From: the human T2T-CHM13v2.0 reference genome, Homo sapiens
Reading direction: 5' to 3' (one strand)
Assembly (NCBI RefSeq): GCF_009914755.1
Contig: NC_060941.1
DNA length: 64,000 nucleotides
This document shows, in pieces, positions 1-14,096 of this stretch. Position 1 is the first letter of the stretch. The number at the start of each line of letters is the position of its first letter. Under the pieces are notes generated by a model. The model was not told the origin of the DNA, did no database searches, and saw only the letters and a program-made list of their open reading frames with translations. A program made the translations under genes and the position numbers.

Positions 1-183
1 AGTGATCGACTCTGGTGCTGATCACTTGTTCCCTCTGGTAATTGACAGCTGTTGCCAGGAAGCTGACCAAGGACATTGCTGAGGACCAGACAGGGGCAAA
101 CAGGCTCCCACCCTGGGACCATTAGCACAGGGCTCTCACCATCTGAGCACCAGCTCCAGAGAAAAAGGAGAAAGAGTTGGAAA

Positions 184-736
184 TGTTACCGGGAGGTGTG
201 GGGTCTTCAGTTCTTGTCTTCTTGGAGGAAAGAATTCAGCCAAGAAGTAAGCAGTGACAGTGAAGCAGCTGCAGAGTTTATTTAAAGAGAGAGTACCCTC
301 TAAAAGCCAAGTCAGAGCGGGCTGCTTGGAAAAAGAGACAGCGTTGATCTGCACTGGGAAAGTTCCCTTATGAGGGTCTTATATGATTATTCATAAAAGT
401 GGTTGTGAAGGGGTGTTACTAGCAAACATGTTTTGGGTGGTCTCCTGGGTGCACATGCTGTATGGTCATACACGCTAGTACATATATCACACGTCTTAGT
501 AATGTCTGAAATCTCCACCCAGGGGCGTGTTTTTTTTTTACCATTATAATGAGTAAATGTTACCTTCAGGGCAAGCCAAGTCGAAGTGTGCATGCTTGCT
601 ATTAGGGAAAGCCCCTACTGAAGTTATCTCCTGTCAGGGTCAGATAAGTCCCAGTTAGGACCAGAGAAGCCAAACCTCAAGTCCAGATGTGGACTTGGGT
701 GACTGAGGGTCTGAGGAGTGAATTGTTTGCTTCACA
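184..736 (-). mobile_element. ERV1-class solo LTR (MER51/MER67-like; subfamily uncertain)
   Basis: Begins TGTTACCGG and ends TTCACA. Contains the 'gttcttg...aaagaattc...gagtttatt' pattern of minus-strand MER4-group LTRs. Flanks GGAAA/GTAAA resemble a TSD. Confidence 0.6.
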
Positions 737-1402
737 GTAAAATCTAAAACATTTATGCAGTACGTGAGTCGATGCATCTTCAACACAGGAGTGTCCAGCC
801 TGGAAAACCAGGGGCCACCCTAGGGAAAGACCCAATGACATCACAATCTTTAAATAGGAATGAGAGGAACAAGGCTGGTGGACATCTCCCTGAGGGCATT
901 AGTTTCCAAATATTTGAGCAAGGCCTCCTTTGCAAATCTGGGTGATGGTTATCAAGATAGGGACAAGAGGTATCCAGCAACAGGTGTATTTTATAAAAAT
1001 TAGTTATGTAAACGTTAAACATTTAGCTTGTAAAAATTAAAACACCACAGCAGTGTATTTGAAAAGTAAACATTTCTCATTATTACACCTACTAGAGATA
1101 ACTAGCAATGGCTAAACAAAAAGTTCGGTGCATGTTCTGTGTACACTGACTGCCTGAACCTTTCAAGTCTATTTGGCTTCTGATTTGGATAGGGAGAGTC
1201 AAGCACCAAGCTTGACTCAGGAGGGAGAGCACTATCCAAATGAATGTAGCTCCAGTATGAATAGCAAGAGTTTATATAGAAAGGGACTCACCTAAAAAGT
1301 TATCTGATTTTATTCAATTATTGAGCTTGACAGTAAAAGGTTGGATAACAAGGGATAGCTGTAATCACACACACGATGAGAACACAAACTGCTTCTAATA
1401 TT

Positions 1403-1866
1403 CATAAACGAGTAAGTATCTGAGACAGGTCTCAATCAATTTAGAAGTTTATTTTGCCAAGATTAAGGACAAGTTGGAAGGAAAAAACACAGAATCATAT
1501 AAACAATCTGTGGTCTGTGCCTTTCTCCAAAGACGATGCTGAGGCTTCAATATTTAAAGGGGAAGAGTATGCTGGAGGGGAAAGAGGAAGGGTATGGCCA
1601 CATTACTGAATCCACACATTGCAAAAGAAAAGGATAAGGCAGGGGAATAGTCAATTTTGTATTCATCTTATGCTCAGTAAATCAGCACTTCACATAAGGT
1701 AAGATGAGGACAGAGCACCTACCTGTGGGGATATTTAACCTTCTATCTGGAGCTGTGTGCTTAGGAGCAAAAAGAAAGTCAGCTTCTTGCATGACTCAGC
1801 TTTCAGCTTAACTTTCTCCTTTTGGCAGAGTGAATTGGGGTCCCAAGTTTCTATTTTCCTTTCACA
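1403..1866 (-). mobile_element. MER4-family solo LTR
   Basis: Contains 'aagtatctgagacaggtctcaatcaatttagaagtttattttgccaag' and ends 'gggtcccaagtttctattttcctttcaca', matching recalled MER4 consensus. TATT/CATT flanks. Confidence 0.8.
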
Positions 1867-2126
1867 CATTTGAAACTAGACTTGATTTTGCTTAGAAATG
1901 TGACATTTATTTATACTTCTAAACAAAATCAAGGCTAGTTATCAATTGCCCATTTTCAGAGAATGAGAAAGCCCAAGAGCTCATGACTCCTTCCCATTTC
2001 CTTGGGTTATGGATACCAGGACCCTGGGTTCTGCAGAGCCTGGGGACAGTGGATGAGAGAATGCTGTTTCTGAGCATGATATGGTTGCTGTCAGATCCCT
2101 GCTCCTAAACTTACTAGGGAGTGACT

Positions 2127-2730
2127 GGTCAACAAAAAGAGTCAAACTCTAAAATATTTGAAGAGATTTATTCTGAGCCAAATGTAAGTGACCAATGGGC
2201 CATGACACAGCCCTCAGGAGACCCTGAGAACATGTGCACAAGATGGTCAGGGCACAGCCTAGTTTTACACATTTTAGGGAGACATGAGACATCAGTCAAT
2301 ACATGTAAGGTATATATTGTTTCATTCTGGAAGGGCAGGACAACTCAAAGTGGGGACTTCCAGGTTATAGGTAGATTTTAAAATTTTCTGATTGGCAATT
2401 GGTTGAAAGAGTTATTATCAGTAGAAAGGAATGTCTGGGTTAAGATAAGGTGTTGGAGAAACCTAGATATTATCAGGAAGATAAAGCCTCCAGGTAGCAG
2501 GCTTCAGAGAAAATAGATGTTAAATATTTCTGATCAGAATCTTAGGTTTGATGTTGATGTCTTAAGGTCTGCGTTGATGTTAATGCTGGAGAAATATAAT
2601 GAGGCATGTCCAATGCTCTCTTCCATCATGGCCTGAACAAGATTTTCAGTTTCACTCTGGAATCCCTATGGCTGAGAGGAGGGGTACATTCAGATGGTTG
2701 AAGGGCTTAGAATTTTATTTTTGGTTTCCA
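2127..2730 (-). mobile_element. MER4-family LTR (3' LTR of a truncated provirus)
   Basis: Runs from 'gtcaacaaaaagagtcaaactct...gagatttattctgagccaaat' to 'ttagaattttatttttggtttcca'. Followed by a polypyrimidine run, i.e. a polypurine tract on the - strand. Confidence 0.85.
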
Positions 2731-3725
2731 TTCTTCCCTTTATGGCCAATATTTGCCAGCATCAGCATCAATGGCTATTAATTTTTTTTCCCCCTAGCAC
2801 TGCTTGGGTGGCATATCTGCCTGCCCTGTGTCCATCCTGTCCTTCAGTGAGACTCCCTGTGGTGGAGGGACTTGAAGTCAAAATACTTACAGACAAGTAA
2901 GTGTTCTAGGAAAGATAGGAATGGACTCGGACAGGCATTCATTACCCCTTAAAAGATTTATTTAAAGTAAAGAGCCAAAAACAAAAAGCCAATGGCGAGT
3001 TTACAAAAATTGAGTTTTCTTTCATTTCTATGCGTTGAGCTACTATAATCTTGGTTTTAATTATAGGCTTACAGTGATTAACTATACAAAACATATACAT
3101 TTTTCTAAAAAATAATTTTATATATCTAAATATATATATCTGCAAAACTTATAACTGGGAGTATTATGCCCAGGAGGCTTGGCCATGAGGTATCTTTATC
3201 CTCTTATTTTCTTTTAATTCCAGGAAGCAGGACATTTTTCATGGTTGGGGTGGATAAAAAGGTGCCACGTAATAGCTGAGAAAGCAAAGTTCTTTGTTTT
3301 ACAAGCTGTTTAGGCACTTGTGTACCCTCGTTGATTTGCAGTGTCTCAGCTAACTGTATCCCTCAAAACCAGCCCTTACAATCTCATGCACCCATCTCTT
3401 CTGAAACAGTCTCTGGGCCTAGAGGGAGGGTGCTTGCATCGTCTTAGCAGTAGGACATTTGCAATGAAAAACAGATCGGGTCCAGGGGGATGCCAAATAA
3501 TGGAGATTTGCATCTCTAATCTTCAGAATGCCATGATTCTGGTTTCCTTTGAAGTGAAACAAGGAGAGATAAATAAGATTAATATTTTGACCATCAGAAG
3601 AGTACTTGTGTGTCAAAAGAGAAAAAATACCCTATTTCATTAGGTCACCAACTGAAAATATGAAGAAAAATGATAATCTTGTACTCATTAGAAGATTATT
3701 ATAACTATGAAAACTTTCAGGATTC

Positions 3726-4845
<1,120 letters not shown>

Positions 4846-4847
<2 letters not shown>

Positions 4848-6277
4848 CAAAAAGAACAAAGTTGGAGGCATCACACTACTTCAAACTATACTACAATGCT
4901 ACACTAACCAACACAGCATGGTACTGGTACCAAAACAGACATATAGACTAATGAAACAGAACAGAGACCTCAGAAATAACACCACACATCTACATCCATA
5001 TGATCTTCAACAAACCTGACAAAAAGAAGCAATGAAGAAAGAATCTCCTATTCGACAAATAGTGCTGGGAAAATTCACTAGCCATATGCAGAAAATTGAA
5101 ACTGGAACCCTTCCTTAAACCTTAAACTTAAGACTTTAAACCTTAAACATAAGACTTAAATGTCAAGCCCCAAACCATAAAAACCCTAGAAGAAAACCTA
5201 GGCAATACCATTCACGACATAGGCATGAGCAAAGACTTCATGACAAAAATGCCAAAAGCAACTGCAACAGAAGCCAAGATTGACAAATGAGATCTAAGTA
5301 AACTAAAGAGCTTCTGCACAGCGAAAGAAACTATCATCACAGTGAATAGGCAAACACCAGAATGGGAGAAAAATTTTGCAATCTACCCATCTGACAAAGG
5401 TCTAATAGCCAGAATTTACAAGGAAATTAAACAAATTCACAAGAAAAAAACAAACAACCCAATCAAAAAATGGGCAAAGAACATGAACAGACACTTCTCC
5501 AAAGAAGATATTTACATGGCCAACAAACATATTAAAAAAGCTCAACATCACTGATTATTTGAGAAATGCAAATCAAAACTACAATGAGATACCATCTCAC
5601 ACCAGTCAGGATGGCGATTATTAAAAAATCAAGAAACAGTAGAAGCTGACCAGGCTGTGGAGAAATAGGAATGCTTTTACACTGTTGGTGGGCATGTAAA
5701 TTAGTTCAACCATTGTGGAAGACAGTATGACGATTCCTCAAGGATCTAAAACCAGAAATACCATTTGACCCAGCAATCCCATTACTGGATATATACCCAA
5801 AATAATATAAATTATTCTACTATAAAGACACATGCACACATATGTTTATTGCAGCACTATTTACAATAGCAAAGTCATGGAACTAGTCCAAATGCCCAAC
5901 AATGATAGACTGGATAAACAAAATGTAGTCCATATACATCATGGAATACTATGCAGCCATAAAAGGAATGAGATCATGTCCTTTGCAGGGACATGGATGA
6001 AGCTGGAAGCCATCATCCTTAGCAAACTAAAACAGGAACAGAAAACCAAACACCACATGTTCTCACTCATAAGTGGGAGTTGAACAATGAGAACACATGG
6101 ACACAGGGAGTGGAAAAGCACACACCAGGGCCTGTTGGGGGGTGAGGGGTGAGGGGAGGGAACTTAAAGGATGGGTCAATAGGTATAGCAAACCACCATG
6201 GCACGTGTATACCTACTTAACAAGCCTGCACATTCTGCACATGTATCCTGGAACTTAAAGGAAAATAAAATAAAATA
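4846..6277 (+). mobile_element. L1PA 3' segment (ORF2 C-terminus, 3' UTR, A-rich tail)
   Basis: ORF 5342-5554 [19 protein letters not shown]; G-rich 3' UTR; tail aaaataaaataaaatag. Confidence 0.95.
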
Positions 6278-6466
6278 GAAAAATTTTATGATTCAATTTG
6301 TACTCAATAAAATAAAAGCCAGGGCTGACATTTATTAACAAGCATTACCCTTTTCCCTTGAAGCAATCTCTCTGTCTCTCTCTAGCTCTCCTTTTTTATT
6401 AAAGAGAAGTCATAGTGAGAACAACTTGTGTGAAAAATAAGTTTTAGGCTTATTATGGTTGGCTTG

Positions 6467-6825
6467 TGATATGGCTTGACTCTGTGTCCTCACCCAAATC
6501 TCATTTCAAATTGTCATCCCTCCTGGTGGGAGGTGATTGTATCATGGGAGTTGTTTCACCCATGCTGTTTTCATGATAGTGAGTTATGAAATCTGATGAT
6601 TGTATAAGTGTTTGACATTTTATCCTTTATACACAGACACACACACACACACACACAGTCTCTCCTGTCACCTTTTGAAGAAGGTGCCTACTTTCCTTTC
6701 TATCATAACTGTAAGTTTTCTGAGGCCTCCCCGGCTATGCAGAACTGTCAGTTAAACCTCTTTTGTTTATAAATTACCCAGTCTCAGGTAATATCTTTAT
6801 AGCAGTGTGAGAAGGGACTAGTACA
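6467..6825 (+). mobile_element. THE1 (MaLR) solo LTR with internal (CA)n
   Basis: TGATATGG...ctgtgtcctcacccaaatctca...ataaattacccagtctcagg...ggactagtACA; 5-bp flanks GCTTG/GCCTG. Confidence 0.9.
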
Positions 6826-8594
6826 GCCTGAGTATTCACTTAAAGTGCAGAAACAATTAATTGGTCATATAGGCTCCTCTTAAGTTGGGTTTGTTGGAAT
6901 TTACCTAAAATTAAGTTATTCTAGTCAAAGCCTGGGTAAAATAACCAGTGTCTCCATTTGTCCCATTTTACAATAAAAGATGTACTTAAGCAAATAACTA
7001 TATTGTCACCTAATCAGAATACTCACAGCTTTCAAATTATGGATAACCTAGAGAAAAATAAACTTGCTCACAAAAACACACTTCACCCAATTTTTCTAAA
7101 CTATAAATAACTCAAAATAAAAACATTTGCTTGACTCTTCTTTAATAAGAGCAGTGGCTTTCAAACACAATGTCATTTGTTTATCTTGGAACTGCTATCC
7201 ACAAGCCAAACAGCTCCTGTTAGATGGGAACCGCCTATCAAGCACTGTAGAATATGTAGCAGTTCTTCACATAGTTAGAGTCAGTCCTATGGGAAAACAG
7301 AGGCTCTTTGCTTATGAGTATTATTCTCCTTGCATTCCTCAGGTAGCAAGATGCTATATCAAAAGTATTTGGGTCCCCAGCAGGGATTTGGGCCAAAGGA
7401 CTCAGGGCATTTGGTTGATCTTCATCTTATTTGTCTCAACATTGCCCCAGGCAATATTATCTTCCTCATTATAACTTTTGCCTTTTGATTAAAAAACATT
7501 TTCTATCTGGGGCAAATAACGACTAAGTATTCAAACATATCTGTGATTCTTCTGGGGCAGGTCCTTGGACTTCCTTTTCCTTTCAATTTTTTTCTTATTT
7601 CCCTAATCATTTATCAAGCATCTTTAAGAGCCCTGAGGGACAGCAAATTTGATAAGGCTTCTCTATCATATGATTGTGCTGAAGCAATGTTAACCAGAGT
7701 GCCAATGAAAAAGGGGCCCTTTCAACTCCTAAATTTCTTATTGCATGAGTCCAAGCCACATTTTGAAAAGCCTGCTGGAGGAGTAAAGAAGTTTCTGCAA
7801 AGTTCAATCCACCCCCAATCCTCCAATGCCCAGGTAGCTCTGACGGAACCTCCCCTGCATCCAGCTCCAGCCCCAGCCCAGTACCATTGGATCCCTGACG
7901 TTCCTTACAGCCAAAAGATTCAAGGAGTCAGTCCACCCACGAGCAGAGGGGAGGATGTTTCTCAAGAATGAGACAGGAAGTGCAGAGGAAATGCACTTGT
8001 CCTAGAAGACAAGGCCAGTCACGGTGGCATAGCGCTCATCCTAGGCAATCCACCCACCCATGAGGTGAAACATGGAGACCGAGGAAGCTTACCTGTCTGA
8101 GACACGTATGGAAGCCAAGAGCTCCAGGGTCATCAGACCTGCGCAATCCAGCAGAAACAGGTTTGGAGAGAGAAACAGTCATGACACGAATCTCCAGGAA
8201 TTGTCTCCCTGATGGACGGGGAAGTGATCTTCATAGAAGATATTCAGCCAGACCAAGAGGCATCTAGGCCGCTGAGAAACAGGGGAGACAGTGGAAGAGG
8301 GAGGACAGAGCAGAGGCCAGAGCCCAGGCAGGATACGGCGCCGTGCCACCGCCACGGGCATAAGGGGAGGGGTGCGAAGCGGGTGGCTTGTCCATAGAGG
8401 CCAGCGTTCCAGGGACAGGGATTGTTGCCGTCTCCCATTCCCGGCTTCCTCTTCAAGATTGTGTCATGGTGTGGCTTCATTTCGCAGAGAAGAGGCGTGG
8501 AAAGGTACAACCATCTTCTTGGACGTGGGTCTGCTCCTCTCCTGCCGGACAATGTGCTACCGTGGGGCTTTTGTCCTGGGCTGGAGTGTGGTCC

Positions 8595-9200
8595 TCTTGA
8601 TCCTAGAAAAGAGGCCGCTCAGGATGGGGATGAGACTTCCATTGCTCCGGCCAGACGCATCCCCTCAGGTGATCGAGGCCTTCACAGACCCAAAGCGGAA
8701 CCGCCGCGAAAACGATCGACAGCCGGCCACAGGACCCAGGGAAAGACGCAGAAAGAGGCTCACCAAAGACCGACCGACATGCAAGAAATCGCTTTCTGAC
8801 GCACAGGGCACATTCGTCCAAACACACACGCACAAGGGCACACACACACACATAGAAACCGACACAGAGAGGGAAAGAAATAGAGAGTGACAGACAGCGA
8901 GAGAGAAGAGAATGGCGCACACACACACACGCACACGGTCATACAGCGGTGTCATGGAAGCACCCCCACCTCAGGCAGCAGGCAATCCTTGAGGCTGCAG
9001 GGTTCTGCTCTCCACGCGAACGACCCTCGGGTGAGAGAGAAGCCCACGGACACACAAGCAGACCTGTCCTCCAGATCACGGGGGCACGACTTTTGGGGAG
9101 ACTCACCCGAACACCGTCCGGGCAGGCCTGAGGATGGGATGCCGCGCTGCTTCCCCGGCCTCTGCCTGTGGTTTCCTCATCCTGGTCGGCCCATTTCAGG
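8595..9200 (+). pseudogene. FAM27-family (FAM27D1/FAM27E-like) ORF remnant, frameshifted
   Basis: Pieces in three frames (LEKRPLRMGMRL; GLHRPKAEP...TQKEAHQR; RLQGSALHANDPRVRE..TQADLSSRSR; ARLLGRLT; RAASPASACGFLILVGPF) match recalled FAM27D1/E predicted proteins. Which paralog cannot be determined. Confidence 0.7.
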
Positions 9201-9370
9201 TCCTGGCATCCGGAGACGCTCCTGTGGACCCCGTGGAGAAGTCAGGCCGGAGCCTCGGAGCCCCGACACCGAAGCCCTGCCACGGAGGGCTCCTGCTTTG
9301 CCAAGCCCCAGGGAGTGGTTTCTATGACAACCCTGGGAATCGCTGTGATGGGGAGAAGCGGCTCGCTCCT

Positions 9371-9382
9371 CGCGCATGCGCA
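9371..9382. promoter_or_regulatory. NRF1 consensus site CGCGCATGCGCA in CpG-rich DNA
   Basis: Exact match to YGCGCAYGCGCR; function not shown. Confidence 0.5.
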
Positions 9383-11118
9383 TTGACTTGGCCAAGTCTT
9401 GCGTAGCTCCTGGAAGTCAGGCTGAGGTCCCTTTAAACAATGGCAGCTGCGCGGAGGCAGTGGGGCGGTTCTTGCTGCAGCAGCGGTGGCGGCTGGATAC
9501 GGGGCCCAGTATGGGGCGGCGTGGGAGAGGGGACCGCGGACGTCCAGTACCAAACCGTGTCACCTGGAGTGACTGGCTCTCCAAGGGCCAGCTGGCCATC
9601 GTATCCTGGAGATGGTCAACAAAACTTTGACCCTGACCAGAAAGGAAAATGCTGGCAGTGCCCTGGACTGACGACAGCCAGGACATATCACGCTTACCTG
9701 GGAAGGGCCCATACACAAAGGCTCCTGGAGAAGCACAGGGCCTGTCACCAAGATGAACAACATCTGGGGATTGTGACCCTGGGGACTGGCTATGTGGGTG
9801 TACTGTGTGAGCTGCCCCAAAATGCCACCCAGAAAGTGGAAATGGCCCTGGAAAGCTGTAGCAGGGAAACCCCTCCCTGGTGAGTTATTCTCCACCTGCC
9901 TCCCTCTGTTCCTGGCAGCCTTGCCCCATCTCGATTTTCAACTCCAGTTGTGTCTGCCTGGAGGGTGGCATGGCCAGCGTTAGTATCTCCTTCTGCAGCT
10001 CAGTGATGGGCTCCAGCAGCCCTCACCATGCCTCAGAACCTGAGACCCTTAGGGAAGGACAGGACATGCTGCAAACACAAACCCGGTGAGAGAGGGTCTT
10101 CCGGCCACAGAGGTCACAGGTAGGGGTCTATAGACTCCAGTTCTGAGTTCCTGACCAGGTTTCAACCATGAGCATGCTCTTTAACCTTATTATTTCTTGT
10201 CATTCCCATCTGTGACATGGAGAAGGCACCCACCTCAGAGGTTTTGTGAGCAATAAATGAATACGATTAATGTGCCTTTCCTGGTGCTACACATAAAGCC
10301 AGGCATGAGTCCTCGTGCAGTTGCCCCACCATGTCCAGGTCCCACAGGCTAGTCCAGACCCCAACATTGGGCCAGTTCTCAACAGATGCCTGGATGCCAG
10401 GCCCCCCTGGAGATACTGGGACCCTGGCCTGGGCCTGGACAGAAGGTGTTGCTGTGCCATTTGGAGATGACCCCATAGGTGAGGACTGGGGCCTATGTGG
10501 CCCTGTGAAGGGGTGTGCCCTAAGGCGGGGCTTGGGTGCCTCACTGGGAGGCCACAGGATGGAAGGGCAGGCAGGTGAGACCCAAGGCCACTCTATACCA
10601 CATTTTGAACAAACCCGTCACTCTCCACCTGCAGACTCAGCTATGCATATTTAAGACACTATTGGGCCCTTAGTTAAAAAATATTTTGCTTGCACACTCA
10701 GCGTTCTCATCCAACATCAATGGGGAATCAAAAATCCTTTATTTGGAAACAAGTAAGGGAAGCAATGTTGAAAATTTGTCATGGCTCCATAACCCATATC
10801 TCCTCTGGGGATTAATTATTTTCTTAAAATGCAGTGTGTACTGTTAGTTTAAATCATCCCAACTGTGATAACACTCTTTAAATCTTCAGTAAACCTTCAC
10901 ATTTAAACCACCTGCAGATGAGAGTAAATCCGTCAGGTGAGAGGAGAGTGAGCACTCACTGGAGGTGAAATAAAATCAGGTAATAAGAACTTAGACTGTG
11001 GTCTCTCGACACCTCCCGCCCTCCCCATCAGAATGTGGCAGCTGAACAAGGAGACATGGCAGGCCTGGCCACAGTGCCCAGTGGGGTTGCCCACCCTAGC
11101 TCTTAGGAAACTGGATAC

Positions 11119-11505
11119 TTGGGGCCAGTGGCCACCCAGGGCCTGTTGTCCACCTGGGTCCTAGGGGTAAACCTAAGACCTGTGTCCACCTGTGTCTTAG
11201 GAGTAAACCTAAGACCTGTATTTCCCCTGGGGCCTGATGTCCACCTGAAGACTGGAGTTCACCTGTGGCCTACTGTCCAACTGGGGCCTGAGGTCACTAG
11301 GGTCGTAGGTATCCCTCTGAGGCCTGGTGCCCACTTGTCCCTGATTTCTCCCTGGATCCTGGGTATCCACCTGGAGCCATATATCCATCACAAGCCTGGT
11401 TACCTTCCTGGGACCTGAGCATCAACTGGGGGCCTAATGTACACCTGGAGTTCAGTGTCCACCTGGGGCCAGAGTTCTATGAGGAGCCTGGTCTTTACCT
11501 GGGGG

Positions 11506-11506
<1 letters not shown>
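11119..11506 (+). repeat. Degenerate ~18-bp minisatellite, consensus TGGGGCCTGATGTCCACC (~21 units)
   Basis: Units such as tggggcctgatgtccacc, tgaagactggagttcacc and tggagttcagtgtccacc read directly. Confidence 0.85.

Positions 11507-11507
<1 letters not shown>

Positions 11508-11549
<42 letters not shown>
11508..11549. repeat. (CT)n microsatellite
   Basis: About 20 CT units seen directly. Confidence 0.95.
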
Positions 11550-11554
<5 letters not shown>

Positions 11555-11759
11555 ATCTCAGTTTCTATGAATAATTTTGAAAAATAACTTTCTGGGTTTT
11601 TTTTAAATTATTGCTCTTATACAGTTAAATTTCACATAAATGGACACACTGATTTGATTCTGTCTTCTCATTTTTTCGTATCACCTTGCTTCAGTTGCTT
11701 TATTATTTCTATTCATCACCACTTAAAGGGCCAATCACAGGATACCAAAAACGACTTTT

Positions 11760-12680
11760 AAGAAACAGTGGTAAAGAAACATTAATCAAAAAATATGAAA
11801 ATCTGTAACATAAGTATAATTAAAAGTATAATTTTGAAATTTTAATTTAAACAAATGGGATAGGGAAATAGGTAGAAAATTAATTTTGACTAGTTCTTTG
11901 GTAAGCCAGTACAATAATATTGAAAATCAAAAGTAAAAAAGCTGAAAAGGATATAAATAACATGGTCAATAACTTTATCTAAAAGTATACAAATGTACAT
12001 TCAACAAAGAAATATAGATTTTGTCATGTTTTCAAATGTAGGTCATGAATTAGACAACAAAGGAGTAATCAATGTATTCTAAACCATCAATATCATATTG
12101 TATTCCTCAAAGCCAGCAACAATTAAAATTTTCAGATATTTGGAAATCACTAAGCCCATTATTAAGTAATCTTGAAGTTAGAAAGAAAACAATAGGTGAA
12201 TTATGAAAACAATGTAGTATAATGATAAATACCTTTAGATATGCAAGTTTTTGAGAATGCATTTAAAACAGAAATTGGAGGTATATTTCTAACTTTAAGT
12301 ACATTTTTTAGAAAAAACTGAAAATCTAATAAAACAACTAAATCATCCATCTGAAAACCTAGAAAAAGCATACAAGTAAACAAAAAGCATAACAAATTTA
12401 AGAAACAAACTAAGAAACAACAGAAGACAAAATATTAAAATAATTTTTGATATTAGTAGCAACACTAATTAAGAACATAAGGTATGCAGATGAAACAGAA
12501 TTTTGAAAAAGCTATTAATAGAGATGTAACAGATAAAAAATGTGGTCTTCAAATAGCAGGAAAAAATTTTTATCCTGGTTCCTTTCACAAATTCCTCCAA
12601 ACTCTCAAAGATACACAGAAAGCAACAAATATGAACAAACAGAAAATAGAAAAGCACAACAAACTAGACCTGTTCATTTC
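11760..12680 (+). mobile_element. Old L1M ORF2 fragment
   Basis: A-rich, with degenerate L1 post-endonuclease motifs (atatttggaaat...; aaacctagaaaaag...). Confidence 0.6.
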
Positions 12681-12691
12681 ACACTCTCCTA

Positions 12692-12770
12692 TTAGGTTGG
12701 TGTAAAAGTTATTGCGGTTTTTGCCATTAAAAGTAATGTCAAAAACAGCAATAATTTTCCACCAACCCAA
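12692..12770. mobile_element. MADE1 mariner MITE
   Basis: About 80 bp, TTAGGTTGGTGTAAAAGT...CACCAACCCAA inverted repeats, TA flanks. Confidence 0.9.
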
Positions 12771-14096
12771 TAACAATCTTTTGTTTATAATTTGCCTTTT
12801 TCTGCATATGGGACTAATTCAAGTATTTAGTTTCCGTTTGGGCATTATGATCAGAATGGGTTTGTGGGTGGTGGATATACAGACTGTTGGCACAATTTGC
12901 TATGTATGGTTTGCTCTTAGATATCCAGATAGAGTTACCAGGCAGTAGTCCATCACCTCTCTGAGTCTGGAGGTCTGAGAACAGGGTGGGTGGGAGAATA
13001 TAGCGAGAACTCTGTGAGGAATTAGATATGGGGGTTACGCCCTTGACCTACGTGTAGCCAGCAAGCCCTATTCAATGTGCTGAGTTTAGAGAAAGGCTCA
13101 GACAAGGGCCTAGAGGATGGGCAGGAGAATCCGCAAGCTTCCCAGGGTTCTGCCTGGGCCAGGGCCTTGCCCAGCACAGCCTTGAAAGGACAGAACTGGG
13201 GTCCTGCAGCCCACCTCTGTGGGCACCTGGAACTATGACCATCCCACCTGCCCTAGTGTAGACAGGGCCTACAGGAGATGAAGCCTCCGTTTTCTCCTGT
13301 ATATAATGTGAGGTGCTTAGAGCATGAAACCACAGGGTTCCACATGCTCGGATAGTGTTTGTTGACCTTGGTTTTTTATGAATGACCCTGTGTGTACTGA
13401 GACACTTGGAAAAAGCTATTCACTCTGGGGGTCCTTCAGAGCAGACAGAGGCTTGGTGGTTTGGGTGGATGAGGATTTGGGATAGGACAGAATGTGCCCA
13501 GGCACTGGACCCTGTGTCAAAAGTCTCGGAACATGATCAAACCTCATTTGGAAGTTGGGGTAAATTGCTGCCCTGGCTGTGGTGAGGACACCTCGAGAGT
13601 GAACTTTACACCCCAGGAACTGGAGGCAAAGAGGGGACAAGAGAGACTGCTGAGGTCCTTCTTACTGCCCTTGGAGCCTGCAGATCCTGCTCCTCTGCCT
13701 CCTGGGAACCTGGAGAGCCACTGACTTGAGGAATCTTAAATGCAGGTCCCTGTTTTGTTCTGTGATGCTCCTGCCTCAGGCTGCAGTGCTGATGCTGGCT
13801 ATGGGGTGGGTGGGAGGACAGTGTTCTGTGTTCCTGGTGCCCACTGAGCTGTTCTCATGCATCTGGATCCAGGGGAGAGTCATGCTGAGGTCATGCAGTT
13901 CCTGTTCTTATGAATGATCTCCACATTATGAGGTGGCCAGAAGCAGGAAGGGGCATTTGACATCCTCCCATTTATTCACTCAGCAACTCTGCCCTTAGCA
14001 TTAGTCTTGTGTGCCAGGTGCCCTGGTGGGCCCAGCATATGGTACTGAAAATGTCCACGTGGTCCCTGACCCTCAGGGGTTCACAGTCTGAGGACA

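Larger units (their letters stand above)
7605..9555. repeat. Solitary SST1 (NBL2/MER22)-like macrosatellite monomer, CpG-rich
   Basis: Abrupt switch to GC/CpG-rich DNA, internal CA/GA microsatellite (8820-8940), and motif 'gagacacgtatggaagccaagagctccagggtcatcagacctg' recalled from SST1. Boundaries approximate. Confidence 0.7.

Noticed and set aside
8179-9406. Many overlapping ORFs on both strands as real genes
   Set aside because: GC-rich satellite with CA/GA microsatellites yields long ORFs by chance; FAM27 similarity is split across frames.
9555-9880. Assignment to known pericentromeric pseudogene families (BSND, SOWAHC, CDRT15, NCOR1, CFTR exon copies)
   Set aside because: Translations did not match the sequences as I recall them; left unassigned.
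11119-11506. CRISPR-like array (also considered for 46155-47310 and 48080-48670)
   Set aside because: Primate DNA; degenerate tandem units without conserved repeats and unique spacers; no cas genes.
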